Source of the DNA: Desulfosoma sp. | GTDB taxonomy: Bacteria; Desulfobacterota; Syntrophobacteria; Syntrophobacterales; DSM-9756 | Direction of reading: 5' to 3' | Assembly (NCBI GenBank): GCA_037481835.1 | Contig: JBBFKW010000001.1 | Coordinates: forward strand, 171,503-235,502 | Length of the DNA stretch: 64,000 bases | Shown: one piece after another, positions 1 to 9,697 of the stretch | How the letters are laid out: every line of letters begins with the position of its first letter | Numbering within the stretch: the first letter of the stretch is position 1 | The notes under the pieces: generated by a model | What the model was told of the DNA's origin: nothing | The model's database searches: none | Seen by the model: the letters and a program-made list of their open reading frames with translations, nothing else | Position numbers and translations under genes: made by a program

Positions 1-1
1 C

Positions 2-376
2 AGCTCCTTCGATGCCGTAATGATCGCCTACGGCATCCGAAACATGCCCGACACAGCCCAGGCGTTCCGGGAATTGCGCCGCGTCCTTCGCCCCGGAGGT
101 CACGTGCTCGTGTTGGAATTCTGCCTGCCTCCCCATCCTCTTCTCAGGAGGCCGTATCTCTTCTACTTTGAAAAAGTTCTGCCGCGCCTCGGCGGCTGGG
201 TGTCCCGAGACGGGGAAGCCTACCGGTATCTGCCGGCTTCCGTCGGCGCCTTCATCCGTCCGGAAGCCATGAGCGCCTTCGGCGCCGCGGAAGGCTTCGC
301 CACGCAATGTATTCGGCTCCTCACGGGAGGCATCACCTATTACTGGATAGGCCGCTGCACCAAGGATCGACGATGA
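2..376 (+). CDS. ubiE: UbiE/MenG demethylmenaquinone methyltransferase, C-terminal part (5' truncated by window edge)
   Basis: Frame open from base 2: SSFDAVMIAYGIRN...ELRRVLRPGG..LEF...AYRYLPASV matches UbiE/MenG motifs; stop overlaps next start (ATGA). Confidence 0.85.
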   Translation, partial: SSFDAVMIAYGIRNMPDTAQAFRELRRVLRPGGHVLVLEFCLPPHPLLRRPYLFYFEKVLPRLGGWVSRDGEAYRYLPASVGAFIRPEAMSAFGAAEGFATQCIRLLTGGITYYWIGRCTKDRR

Positions 377-2214
377 AAACGGCTTATAAGAATCTACGGG
401 ATTTCGTCCGCACTCTGGAACAACACGGGGAACTGCTGCGCATCAAGGCGCCGGTGTCCCGGGACTTGGAAATCACCGAAATTACGGACATCATGTGCAA
501 GAGCCCGGGCGGCGGCAAGGCCCTTTTGTTCGAACAGGTCGTGGGATCGCCTTTTCCTGTCCTGACCAACGCCTTCGGCAGCGAAAGGCGCATGTGCATG
601 GCCTTGGGTGTCCGCCACCTGGATGAGTTGGCGGCCCGCGTGCGCCGGTTCATCGAAGTGGAACCCCCCAAGTCTTTGGCCCACGCCGTTCGGTTGCTGC
701 CCCTCGGGCTGGATCTCCTCCGGTTCATCCCCCGGAAGACCCGCACGGCGCCATGCCAAGAGGTCATCTTGCGCGGGGCCGACGTGGATCTGAACCTCCT
801 TCCCGTCCTCAAATGCTGGCCGAAGGACGGCGGGCCCTTCGTGACTTTGCCCGTGGTCATCACCCAGAGCCTCAAAACGGGAAAGCGCAACGCCGGGATG
901 TACCGGCTTCAGGTCTATGACGCCAAAACCACCGGGATGCACTGGCACATCCATAAGGACGGTTCCCATTACTTCCAGGAATATCGGGCCGCCGGGAAAG
1001 CCATGCCCGTGGCCGTGGCCATCGGCACCGATCCCGCCACGACCTATGCCGCCACGGCACCCCTTCCCCGCGGGGTCGACGAAATGATCCTCTCCGGATT
1101 CATCCGGCGGGCTCCCGTGCCCCTGACCCGCGCCGTGACCGTGCCTTTGGATGTGCCCGCCGAAGCGGAGTTCGTCCTGGAAGGCTATGTGGACCCCGAG
1201 GAACTGCGGCTGGAAGGTCCTTTCGGAGACCACACGGGATACTATTCGCTCACGGACACCTACCCCGTCTTTCACCTGACGGCGCTCACCCACCGCAAGA
1301 ACCCCATCTACCCGGCCACCATCGTGGGACGCCCCCCCATGGAAGACTGCTACTTGGCCAAGGCCACGGAGCGGCTTTTCCTGCCATTGCTGCAGGCGGT
1401 TCTTCCGGAAATCAAGGATTATTGGCTCCCTTGGGAAGGCGTGTTTCACAACATCACCGTCGTCGCCTTGCACAAAGAATACCCGGGGCACGCCCGAAAG
1501 GTCATGAGCGCCCTCTGGGGTCAAGGGCAAATGAGCTTCTGTAAAGCGCTCGTCATGGTGGACGCCGCTGCGGATCTCAGCCGGCCACGCTCCGTTCTGG
1601 AGACGGTGCTGAACACCGTGGATCTGGAACGGGACCTCTACATCACGGAAGGAGTTTTGGACGTCCTGGACCACAGCGCGCCGGAACCTCTCTTCGGCGG
1701 CAAGGTGGGGCTGGACGCCACGGCGCGGCTCGCCTCGGAAAGCCCGAGGCCGCAGCGGCCCCAAGTCTCGGCATGGCCGAACGACGCAACAATCTTGCGT
1801 CATGTGCAAAACGTGAGCAATCGGTTCACCGGATGCCGCCGCCTGGACCTGAACGTTTCCAACCCCGTGCTCCTCCTGAACGTGGTCAAGGACGGCACGA
1901 TGTCCGCCCGATCCCTGGCCCCGGCGCTGTTGGACGCCGAACCGCTGCGCCCTTTCACCGTCTTTGCCCTCTATGATCAAGACATCGCCCTCGGGGACGG
2001 GTCGTTGGTCTTGTGGAAACTGTTCAACAACGTGGATCCCCTTCGGGATATCGTCCGATCGGGAGGGCGGGTCGTGGTGGACGCCACGAAAAAAGGGCCG
2101 GAAGACGGTCATCTCCGGCCATGGCCCGATGACATCGCCATGGATCCCGAGGTGGCGGCCCGGGTTCGGCGCCGAGCCCGAGAGCTCGGCATCGAAGCGT
2201 ATTTGGAAAGCTGA
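373..2214 (+). CDS. UbiD-family menaquinone biosynthesis decarboxylase (MqnL-like, futalosine pathway)
   Basis: KCWPKDGGPFVTLP, RNAGMYR, EGPFGDHTGYY, GRPPMED motifs; ATG at 373 overlaps the ubiE stop. Confidence 0.88.
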   Translation: MKTAYKNLRDFVRTLEQHGELLRIKAPVSRDLEITEITDIMCKSPGGGKALLFEQVVGSPFPVLTNAFGSERRMCMALGVRHLDELAARVRRFIEVEPPKSLAHAVRLLPLGLDLLRFIPRKTRTAPCQEVILRGADVDLNLLPVLKCWPKDGGPFVTLPVVITQSLKTGKRNAGMYRLQVYDAKTTGMHWHIHKDGSHYFQEYRAAGKAMPVAVAIGTDPATTYAATAPLPRGVDEMILSGFIRRAPVPLTRAVTVPLDVPAEAEFVLEGYVDPEELRLEGPFGDHTGYYSLTDTYPVFHLTALTHRKNPIYPATIVGRPPMEDCYLAKATERLFLPLLQAVLPEIKDYWLPWEGVFHNITVVALHKEYPGHARKVMSALWGQGQMSFCKALVMVDAAADLSRPRSVLETVLNTVDLERDLYITEGVLDVLDHSAPEPLFGGKVGLDATARLASESPRPQRPQVSAWPNDATILRHVQNVSNRFTGCRRLDLNVSNPVLLLNVVKDGTMSARSLAPALLDAEPLRPFTVFALYDQDIALGDGSLVLWKLFNNVDPLRDIVRSGGRVVVDATKKGPEDGHLRPWPDDIAMDPEVAARVRRRARELGIEAYLES

Positions 2215-2222
2215 GCGGGAAT

Positions 2223-3173
2223 CTACCGTTCCAGGAGTTGGCTGGCCCAGACGGGGTTTTCGATCTTTTTGTTTTCCAGGTGCATGACGGCGTAAATGAT
2301 GCTGTTATAAGGCACGGGCACGCCGCATTCCTTGCCCAGGCGCACGACCATGCCGTTTAAGGCTTCGATTTCCGTCTTGCGGTGCCATTCCAGATCGCGC
2401 AGCATGGAACACTTAAACCGGCGATTGTAGGAACGGGCCAAAGCCATGGCCTCTTCCACCGCGTTTTCGGGAAGCCCGATGCCGCACTTCTTGGAAAGTT
2501 CCAGCACTTCCTTCATGGTGCCTTCCAGCACCTCCCGGGTTTCCGGGCAGTCCAGGATGAGGCCCAACGGGGCCCTGCCCAGAGTGCTCACCCCGTGCAC
2601 GCCGCAGATGAAGAGGAATTTGGCCCACAGGACTTGCTGGATGTTCTCGGACACCTCGGCGTCGATGCCGGCGTTTCGGAAGGCCTGGTAAATCCTTTCC
2701 ACTCGTTCGGATCGTTCCCCTTTGAGTTCCCCGAAGATGATCTTGCCGGGTTTGCCCGTGTGGGCAATGACGCCCGGTGATGCGATAGTCGATTCGATAA
2801 AGACGGTGCCGGCGAGGATCTTTTCTTCCCCGAAATGGCGGGCGAGTTTTTCGGCGTTGTCGATCCCGTTCTGAAGGGTCAGGATCACCGTGTCGGCTTC
2901 CACCATGGGTTCGGCAAACCGGGCGGCCTTTTCGGTATCATGAGACTTGACGCAAAAGAGGAGCAGATCCACCGGGCCGATCTCTTCGGGCTCGGATGTG
3001 GCGTGGATGCGCACCCGAAAATTTTCGTTGTTGGTCACCACCTCCAGGCCTTCTTCCTGTAAAGCCTCCAGGTGCTTTCCTCGAGCCACGAAATGAATGT
3101 CCATCCCGGCGCGCGCAAGAAACCCTCCGAAGTATCCTCCAACGCCTCCCGTTCCCATGACCCCGATCTTCAT
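2223..3173 (-). CDS. panE: 2-dehydropantoate 2-reductase (ketopantoate reductase)
   Basis: MKIGVMGTGGVGG Rossmann motif, CVKSHD, TLQNG, WAKF, SMLRD, EIEALNG; AAGGAG RBS before ATG 3173. Confidence 0.88.
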   Translation of the reverse strand: MKIGVMGTGGVGGYFGGFLARAGMDIHFVARGKHLEALQEEGLEVVTNNENFRVRIHATSEPEEIGPVDLLLFCVKSHDTEKAARFAEPMVEADTVILTLQNGIDNAEKLARHFGEEKILAGTVFIESTIASPGVIAHTGKPGKIIFGELKGERSERVERIYQAFRNAGIDAEVSENIQQVLWAKFLFICGVHGVSTLGRAPLGLILDCPETREVLEGTMKEVLELSKKCGIGLPENAVEEAMALARSYNRRFKCSMLRDLEWHRKTEIEALNGMVVRLGKECGVPVPYNSIIYAVMHLENKKIENPVWASQLLER

Positions 3174-3593
3174 TGACCGCTCCTTGTCGCTCCCGACCTT
3201 GCCGTCTCCCGAATCGCCCCGAGGGTGCCCCTTCGCGGACACCGAAAAACCGCTCTTCCAAGCCCAATCCGCGTATATATAGCGCCTCACCCAAGAGTCG
3301 TCAAACCTTTGGAAACACGCATCTTGCCGGCCCTCCCCACGACCCTCTCCTCTCTCCCCTTGTTCCTATTCATCCCTTCCTCTTGCTCCCATGGCTCTCT
3401 CGGGCATCTCCGTTCTCGTTTCTGTTGAGCGCCCAGAACCCTCCATCTCCTTTGCGCTCTCAACTTTCCATAGCCTTTGACAAAGCCGCCGAAACCCTTC
3501 ACTATACCGGCCGAATTCCTTATGGAAACTCATCCTTAAGGTCCGGAGCCGCCTCACGGCCCCCGAAAAACCCGCGTGGGAGATTGCGGCGTG

Positions 3594-5909
3594 ATGAAAA
3601 ACGTCTTCGACAATGTCCTGCAAGCCATCGGCAACACTCCCCTGGTGCGCATCAACCGCCTTAACCCCAATCCTCGAACGACCATCTACGCCAAGCTGGA
3701 ATGCAAGAACCCCGGCGGGTCCATCAAGGACCGCACGGCCCTGTTCATGATCGAGGCGGCCGAACGCAGCGGGGAGCTCACGCCGGACAAGACGATCATC
3801 GAGGCCACCAGCGGCAACACGGGCATCGGCCTCGCCGTGGTGGCCGCCGTCAAAGGGTACCGGCTCATCTTGGCCATGCCCGAAACCGCCAGCATGGAAC
3901 GCCAAAAGATCCTCAGGGCCCTCGGCGCCGAACTCCTCCTCACCCCCGGCGCCTTGGGCACGGACGGCGCCATCGAAGAAGTCTACCGGATGGTGAGGGA
4001 GCATCCGGACAAGTACTTCCTGGCGGATCAGTTCAACAATCCGGCCAATCCCGAGGCCCATTATCGAGGCACAGGCCCGGAAATCTACGAACAGACCGAA
4101 GGGCGCGTCAACGTGGTGGTGACCACCCTGGGCACAAGCGGCACGGCCATGGGCATCCTCCAAGCCATGAAGGAACGCAACCCCGCCATTGAAGTGGTGG
4201 CTGTGGAACCCTATCCGGGCCATAAGATCCAGGGCCTCAAAAATATGAAGGAATCTTACGTCCCCGGCATTTTTGACCGGCACAAGCTGGATCGCATCGT
4301 GCACGTCAAGGACGAAGACGCCTTCGAAATGGCCCGCCGGCTGGCTCGAGAAGAAGGGCTCTTTGTGGGCATGAGTTCCGGGGCGTGCATGGCGGCGGCC
4401 GTGGAAATCGCCAAGGAACGCCAAGACGGCCTGATCGTGGCCGTCCTTCCCGACGGCGGGGACCGCTACCTCAGCACCAACCTTTTCACCACCATGCTGG
4501 AGCCGGATTTTCGATTCTTCGACTTTCTGAGACGGGACAAAGTGGACTTCAAACCCGTCATGGAAGGGAAAATCCGCATTGCCGTCACCGGCCCTCCCTT
4601 GGACTCCTGCCTGTCGTTGGAAACCGCCCGGCGCCTTCTCCTCGCTGACATCCTCACCCGGTTCGTTCGATCCAAAGGGTTCCGCGTGGAAACGGCCGTC
4701 CTTCTTCCCGACCTGGACAGCCGATCCATCCAATGCGCCGCCGAAAGAGGCGCCCCTCTGGAACACTACGTGCACGAACGCTCGGCCGTCTTCGCCACGC
4801 AACTGGAAAAACTGGGCATGGCCGCCCAGCTTGTCATGACCAAAACGTCCGAACATACCGAAGCCGTCGTCTCCCTCGTCCGTTCGCTCCTCAAAAAAGG
4901 CGCCGCCTACGAAAAGCTCCGGTCGGTGTACTTCAGCGTGGCCCAGGCGGAGGATTACGGCCGTCTTTCCCGCATCGACCCCAAGAAAATCCGGCCCGGT
5001 TCTTCGGTGGACCTGAGCGCTTATGAAAAATTGAACCCGCGCGACTTTGCGCTGCTCAAACGAGCCACCCTGGCTGAACTCAAGCGCGGCGACTACGTCA
5101 AAACGGAATGGGGCAACGTGGTGCCCACCTGGCATATCGCGGCGGCGGCCATGGTCATGGACCGGTTCGGATTCCCTCTGGATCTGTGCGTCAGCGGCGT
5201 GGATTTTCTCTTCCCCCACCTGGAAAACGTCCACGCCATCGCGTGGGCCCTTGCGGGAAAGCCCTACGCGAACATCTGGCTTCTCACTGAAAGGATTCAA
5301 CAAGCGGACGACGGGGAGAGTCCCGAAACGGCGAAGGGGCTGACCCTGGAAGATCTCTACACCCAGGGCATGACGCCGGCAGAAATCCGGTTTTGGCTCA
5401 TCGCCTCGCACTACCGCAAACCCATGAGGGTTTCCGCCCAAAGCCTGCGCAGTGCCGCCCAAGGGCTCAAGAGGATCCGAGAATTCATCAGCCGGGTGCA
5501 TCATAGCCCCACCGAGGAACACATCGCCGACGGCGTGGAAGAAGAGGTTTTCTCCCTGGAACGGGGCTTCTTCGACGCCTTGGCCGATGATCTCAACACC
5601 CCCAAGGCCCTGGCGGCGCTTTTCGACTTCGTCCGAAAGATGAATCTTCGCATGGAACGCGGCCCCCTCACCCCCAGGGCCAAAGACGCGGTGCTCAAAG
5701 CCTTACAAAGCGTGGATCGGATTTTGGGCCTTTTCGAACGGGATCTTCGGGCTTTATCGCCCGACGAAAAGGCGCTCATCGACCAGCGGGAAGCGGCTCG
5801 AGCCGCCAAGGACTGGGCCCGAGCCGACGCCTTGCGAGACGAACTGAGGCGCCTGGGGATCGTCGTTCGAGACACCCCTCACGGCCCCCTATGGGAACGG
5901 GTTTCGTGA
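3594..5909 (+). CDS. Cysteine synthase (CysK/CysM) fused to a degenerate cysteinyl-tRNA synthetase-like module
   Basis: N-half has NPGGSIKDR, ATSGNTG, GTSGT, GMSSGA and PDGGDRYLS; C-half is collinear with CysRS (DFALLK, WHI, FPH, SHYRKP, DDLNTP, ADALRDEL) but lacks HIGH and KMSKS. Confidence 0.88.
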   Translation: MKNVFDNVLQAIGNTPLVRINRLNPNPRTTIYAKLECKNPGGSIKDRTALFMIEAAERSGELTPDKTIIEATSGNTGIGLAVVAAVKGYRLILAMPETASMERQKILRALGAELLLTPGALGTDGAIEEVYRMVREHPDKYFLADQFNNPANPEAHYRGTGPEIYEQTEGRVNVVVTTLGTSGTAMGILQAMKERNPAIEVVAVEPYPGHKIQGLKNMKESYVPGIFDRHKLDRIVHVKDEDAFEMARRLAREEGLFVGMSSGACMAAAVEIAKERQDGLIVAVLPDGGDRYLSTNLFTTMLEPDFRFFDFLRRDKVDFKPVMEGKIRIAVTGPPLDSCLSLETARRLLLADILTRFVRSKGFRVETAVLLPDLDSRSIQCAAERGAPLEHYVHERSAVFATQLEKLGMAAQLVMTKTSEHTEAVVSLVRSLLKKGAAYEKLRSVYFSVAQAEDYGRLSRIDPKKIRPGSSVDLSAYEKLNPRDFALLKRATLAELKRGDYVKTEWGNVVPTWHIAAAAMVMDRFGFPLDLCVSGVDFLFPHLENVHAIAWALAGKPYANIWLLTERIQQADDGESPETAKGLTLEDLYTQGMTPAEIRFWLIASHYRKPMRVSAQSLRSAAQGLKRIREFISRVHHSPTEEHIADGVEEEVFSLERGFFDALADDLNTPKALAALFDFVRKMNLRMERGPLTPRAKDAVLKALQSVDRILGLFERDLRALSPDEKALIDQREAARAAKDWARADALRDELRRLGIVVRDTPHGPLWERVS

Positions 5910-5992
5910 TCGCCGCTTCGGGAGCATGAAACATGCCGACTTTCCTCTAAAGGCAGTTTCACGGCTTCGGCGACGAAGGCCGCACATGCTCG

Positions 5993-7066
5993 TCATGGGG
6001 GCGATGGGACCGTGCCGTTGACACCCAGGATACTTCGCACCAGGCCCTCTTCGCCGGGTGCCAAAGGATAGGCGGCTTCTTCGCCGGCCGTGTTTCGAAA
6101 CACCACGCGATCCCGGTCCAAGCGAACCACAGCCGAAGCCGTCAACGGCACCTTGCCCAGTCCACCGGGAAGATCCACCACAACCTGAGGGATGGCCAGA
6201 CCGGAGATGCGGTTCCGCAAGGCGGCCACGAGGGAAGGCCCGGCCGTTATGGGGGTTCGAAAATGGGCCGTGCCGTGCATGAGGTCCATCTGGAGCAGGT
6301 AATAGGGGCGGATCCTGAGAGTGAGGAGTTCCATGAAGAGTTCAGCGAGCACCGTTGCGTCGTCGTTGACGGCCTTGAGGAGCACCGTTTGGCTTCCCAG
6401 GGGAATGCCGGCGTCGGCAAGGTTTCGGGCTGCCTCGCGGCTCTCGGGAGAAATTTCCTGAGGATGGTTGACGTGGATGTTCATGTAAAGGGGGTGGAAG
6501 GCTGCAAGGCGCCGTGCCAGATCGCGGCTTACCCGCGCCGGATCGGCAAAGGGCACTCGGGTGCCGATACGGATGAGGCGCACATGAGGGATTTCCCGCA
6601 CCTTGGCGCACACGCTCTCCAAAAAATCGAGAGAAAGCATCAAGGGGTCGCCCCCGGACAGGATGACGTCTCGAACCGCCGGGGTCTTGCGGATGTAGTC
6701 CAGAGCTTCGCGAACGAGCTCGTCCGTCAAGGGCACCGGGCGGGTCCAGCGTCGTTTGCGGGTGCAGAAACGGCAATGGACGGCACAGGCGTCCGTAAGG
6801 ATCCACAAGACGCGGTCGGGGTAGCGGTGGACCAGGTTGGGCACGGGGGATCGGCTTTCTTCCCCCAAGGGATCCCTCAGGCCCACGCGATCGTCGGCAT
6901 CCAGTTCCCTGGGATCGGGAACCACCTGGCGCCACAGGGGATCGCCCGGAGAGGCGATGAGGTCGGCAAAATGCCGGCTCAGCACAAAAGGGTACACTCC
7001 ATGGACCGCCTCCATGGGCTCGAAGGGCACTCGCCACCGAGCTGCAAACCGTTCCAAAGACATCAC
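5993..7066 (-). CDS. KamA-family radical SAM aminomutase (lysine/glutamate 2,3-aminomutase-like)
   Basis: HRYPDRVL, CAVHCRFC, ILSGGDPL, RIGTR, SQTVLLKAVND, DLPGGLGKVP. Confidence 0.85.
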   Translation of the reverse strand: MMSLERFAARWRVPFEPMEAVHGVYPFVLSRHFADLIASPGDPLWRQVVPDPRELDADDRVGLRDPLGEESRSPVPNLVHRYPDRVLWILTDACAVHCRFCTRKRRWTRPVPLTDELVREALDYIRKTPAVRDVILSGGDPLMLSLDFLESVCAKVREIPHVRLIRIGTRVPFADPARVSRDLARRLAAFHPLYMNIHVNHPQEISPESREAARNLADAGIPLGSQTVLLKAVNDDATVLAELFMELLTLRIRPYYLLQMDLMHGTAHFRTPITAGPSLVAALRNRISGLAIPQVVVDLPGGLGKVPLTASAVVRLDRDRVVFRNTAGEEAAYPLAPGEEGLVRSILGVNGTVPSPP

Positions 7067-7237
7067 GGCCTGTTCCTTCTCCCCTGGGTCGTTTCAAATA
7101 GGCCTTGGAAAGGTCGAGCCCCTCGCCTTTTAAGGCTCGACTTTCATCCATCTTCGTCACAACCCGGCGTGTGTCGTGATAAGGATCCGGGGGAGCGCAA
7201 CGACCCCCAACACCACTGATCCTTCCGAGGAGCCGCA

Positions 7238-8485
7238 GTGCTTCCGTCCTGGTTTCGCGTTTACGGTCGGCGCCATGTCTTGGGCCTCCTGGGCTTGGGC
7301 TTTTCCTCCGGCCTTCCCCTGGCGCTCACGGGAAGCACCCTCCAAGCCTGGATGAGCTCCGAAAAGGTGGATATCCGCCTCATCGGACTTTTTTCCCTCG
7401 TGGGACTTCCCTACACGCTCAAAGTGGCCTGGGCTCCCCTCATGGATCGCTTCCCAGCCCCCTGGCTGGGCAGGCGTCGGGGCTGGATCCTTACCACCCA
7501 GATCCTCCTGAGTGCAAGCTTCGTGATTCTGGGATCCCTCACACCTTCAGGCCACCTGCAGTTCATGGCCGTACTGGCTTTGCTCACCGCCTTCTTGAGT
7601 GCCAGCCAGGACATCGTCATCGACGCCTACCGTGCGGAAGTGCTTCCGGACGCAGATAAGGGAGCAGGTGCGGCCGTGAGCGTTGTCGGTTATCGCTTGG
7701 CCATGCTCACATCAGGGGCTATGGCCCTTATTCTCTCCGACCATGTGCCGTGGCGAGCCGTCTACACGGCCATGGGACTGATCATGGCGGCATGCGCCCT
7801 ATGGACGTTTGCTTGCCCCGAACCGACGGGCTTGGAGCCATCCCCGCCCCGCCCCAGGACCCTCCAGGAAGCCGTGTGGGCACCGTTTGTCGATTACTTT
7901 GCCCGGCCCGGAGCCGTGGCCATGCTGGCTTTCATCATGGTGTTCAAACTTAGTGATGCTTTGGCGGGAGCTCTGACCACGCCTTTCTTGCTGGATTTGG
8001 GGTTTACGCGAACGGATGTGGGCACGGTGAACAAAGCTTTCGGGCTGGGGAGCACCATTGCGGGCACTTTGGCAGGGGGCGCGATCGTCAATCGTCTTGG
8101 GATCGCCCGATCCCTGTGGGTTTCGGCCTTCCTCCAGGCTTTTTCCAACCTGGCCTTTGCGGGACTGGCCACGGCGGGCTGTCATTACCCTTTCATGGTC
8201 GGCGCGGTGGCCGTGGAAAATCTCTGCGGCGGCGTGGGGACGGCGGCCTTTCTGGCCTTTCTCATGAGCCTGTGCAACCGCCGCTACACCGCCACCCAAT
8301 ACGCGCTCCTTTCCAGCTTCATGGCCGTCTCGCGGGTTGTTGTCGGAGCTCCCACGGGATATTTGGCAGCGGCACTGGGTTGGCCGTGGTTCTACGTTGT
8401 AAGCGTTTTCGGGGCCGTTCCCGGCATCCTGCTTCTGCCCCGCTTCGCCCCTTGGCACCACACCACAGCCGGTCACAATGGGTAG
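7238..8485 (+). CDS. ampG: AmpG-family muropeptide MFS transporter
   Basis: LGFSSGLP, LPYTLKVAWAPLMD, GRRRGW, SASQDIVIDAYR, YTATQYALLSS. Confidence 0.88.
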   Translation: MLPSWFRVYGRRHVLGLLGLGFSSGLPLALTGSTLQAWMSSEKVDIRLIGLFSLVGLPYTLKVAWAPLMDRFPAPWLGRRRGWILTTQILLSASFVILGSLTPSGHLQFMAVLALLTAFLSASQDIVIDAYRAEVLPDADKGAGAAVSVVGYRLAMLTSGAMALILSDHVPWRAVYTAMGLIMAACALWTFACPEPTGLEPSPPRPRTLQEAVWAPFVDYFARPGAVAMLAFIMVFKLSDALAGALTTPFLLDLGFTRTDVGTVNKAFGLGSTIAGTLAGGAIVNRLGIARSLWVSAFLQAFSNLAFAGLATAGCHYPFMVGAVAVENLCGGVGTAAFLAFLMSLCNRRYTATQYALLSSFMAVSRVVVGAPTGYLAAALGWPWFYVVSVFGAVPGILLLPRFAPWHHTTAGHNG

Positions 8486-8582
8486 GCACTGATCGGCCCC
8501 TGCGGGTTACACGTTGGAATGCGGAGGCCATGCTCCGGGTTTCGAACGGCAGGAAAATGGCAGGAACAAACCGATGCGTCGA

Positions 8583-8837
8583 TCACGGGAGAAGGCTTCG
8601 AAACTCGTCCAGGCTTCGGACCCGCAGCGCTTGCCTGTGCAGTTCCTTGAGGTGCCGCCGGGATTCCACCCCCATGATCCGCTCTTCCACATCCCTCGGA
8701 ACCAACGTGAACCGCTCCGACAAGGCCTCCAGGACCATCTCGCGGGCTTCCGCCAGCATGCCCTCTTGGAGACCATGCCGCAGCCCCTCGTCGTAGCCTT
8801 CTTTCTTGATGAGTTCGTAACCCGCAGACTCCATCAT
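8583..8837 (-). CDS. Putative in-frame intragenic small protein (84 aa, Rpn antitoxin-like), copy C
   Basis: AAGGAGG followed by 6 nt and ATGATG, in frame inside the Rpn gene. Confidence 0.55.
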   Translation of the reverse strand: MMESAGYELIKKEGYDEGLRHGLQEGMLAEAREMVLEALSERFTLVPRDVEERIMGVESRRHLKELHRQALRVRSLDEFRSLLP

Positions 8838-9458
8838 GATATCCCTCCTTCGGCTCAAAAGCCGCCGGGGCAGCTCCTTGGAAACCAGACCCGACAAAAG
8901 CGCCATGCCGGTGAGCAAATCAGCCTTCTCCCCGCGCTCCAGCCTCGCCTCGCTCAACACTCGCTCCGCCTCGTCAAAAACCTCCACCCCTCCCTTCATC
9001 AGCCCCACAAACGGCAAAAGGCACGGATCGCCCAAACCCATGACCTCCCGAGCGTCCAAAGCCCCCACCGAAATCACCCGAAACGCATACCGCAGCCCGC
9101 CGTCCTCAAAAACTTCCTCCACAGCCCCACTCGGCGTCAGCAACAACACGGCCGGAAGCACCGAAAGGCCCGTCTTCATCCGATACCGAGCATCATATTC
9201 CAAAAGCCGAAGCGCCACATCCGGCACCCACCGGCTCTGCACCTCCAAAAGCACCACAAAAGTGCGCCCGTCCGCCGTGCGCACCCGCACCGGAAAATCA
9301 CTCCGCCTCAACGAGGCCGTCTCCTGGGGCAACTCCAAAATCTCCGACTCCTCCACCCGAAGCCCCAGAAAATACTCCAGCGCCGCCTTCCGGCACCGGC
9401 TCAAAATCACCTTCACCGCCGCATCGTAACTTCCCATGAGGCCTTGCTCAATGCTCAT
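8583..9458 (-). CDS. Rpn/YhgA-like PD-(D/E)XK nuclease family protein, copy C
   Basis: RRSD...LLEVQS (D..ExQ) motif, RLLEY, helical EG..EG C-terminal tail; start overlaps the stop of copy B (ATGA). Confidence 0.75.
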   Translation of the reverse strand: MSIEQGLMGSYDAAVKVILSRCRKAALEYFLGLRVEESEILELPQETASLRRSDFPVRVRTADGRTFVVLLEVQSRWVPDVALRLLEYDARYRMKTGLSVLPAVLLLTPSGAVEEVFEDGGLRYAFRVISVGALDAREVMGLGDPCLLPFVGLMKGGVEVFDEAERVLSEARLERGEKADLLTGMALLSGLVSKELPRRLLSRRRDIMMESAGYELIKKEGYDEGLRHGLQEGMLAEAREMVLEALSERFTLVPRDVEERIMGVESRRHLKELHRQALRVRSLDEFRSLLP

Positions 9459-9697
9459 CCCAATAAGTCTCGAAATTCCTCCAGGCTTCGAACCCGCAGC
9501 GCTTGCCTGTGCAGTTCCTTGAGGTGCCGGCGGGATTCCACTTCCATGATCCGCTCTTCCACATCCCGCGGAACCAACGTGAACCGCTCCGACAAGGCCT
9601 CCAGCACCATCTCGCGGGCTTCCGCCAACATGCCATGCCGCAGCCCCTCGTCGTAGCCTTCTTTCTTGATGAGTTCGTAACCCGCAGACTCCATCAT
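9455..9697 (-). CDS. Putative in-frame intragenic small protein (80 aa, Rpn antitoxin-like), copy B
   Basis: AAGGAGG followed by 6 nt and ATGATG, in frame inside the Rpn gene. Confidence 0.55.
   Translation of the reverse strand: MMESAGYELIKKEGYDEGLRHGMLAEAREMVLEALSERFTLVPRDVEERIMEVESRRHLKELHRQALRVRSLEEFRDLLG

Noticed and set aside
3174..3593. T-box leader upstream of the cysteine synthase-CysRS fusion
   Set aside because: No T-box consensus or terminator visible; the region is simply pyrimidine-rich
394..5522. Long antisense ORFs (572 and 718 aa), and similar ones opposite dsrN, dsrAB, dnaK and the aminotransferase
   Set aside because: Expected shadow frames of GC-rich genes; no recognisable motifs
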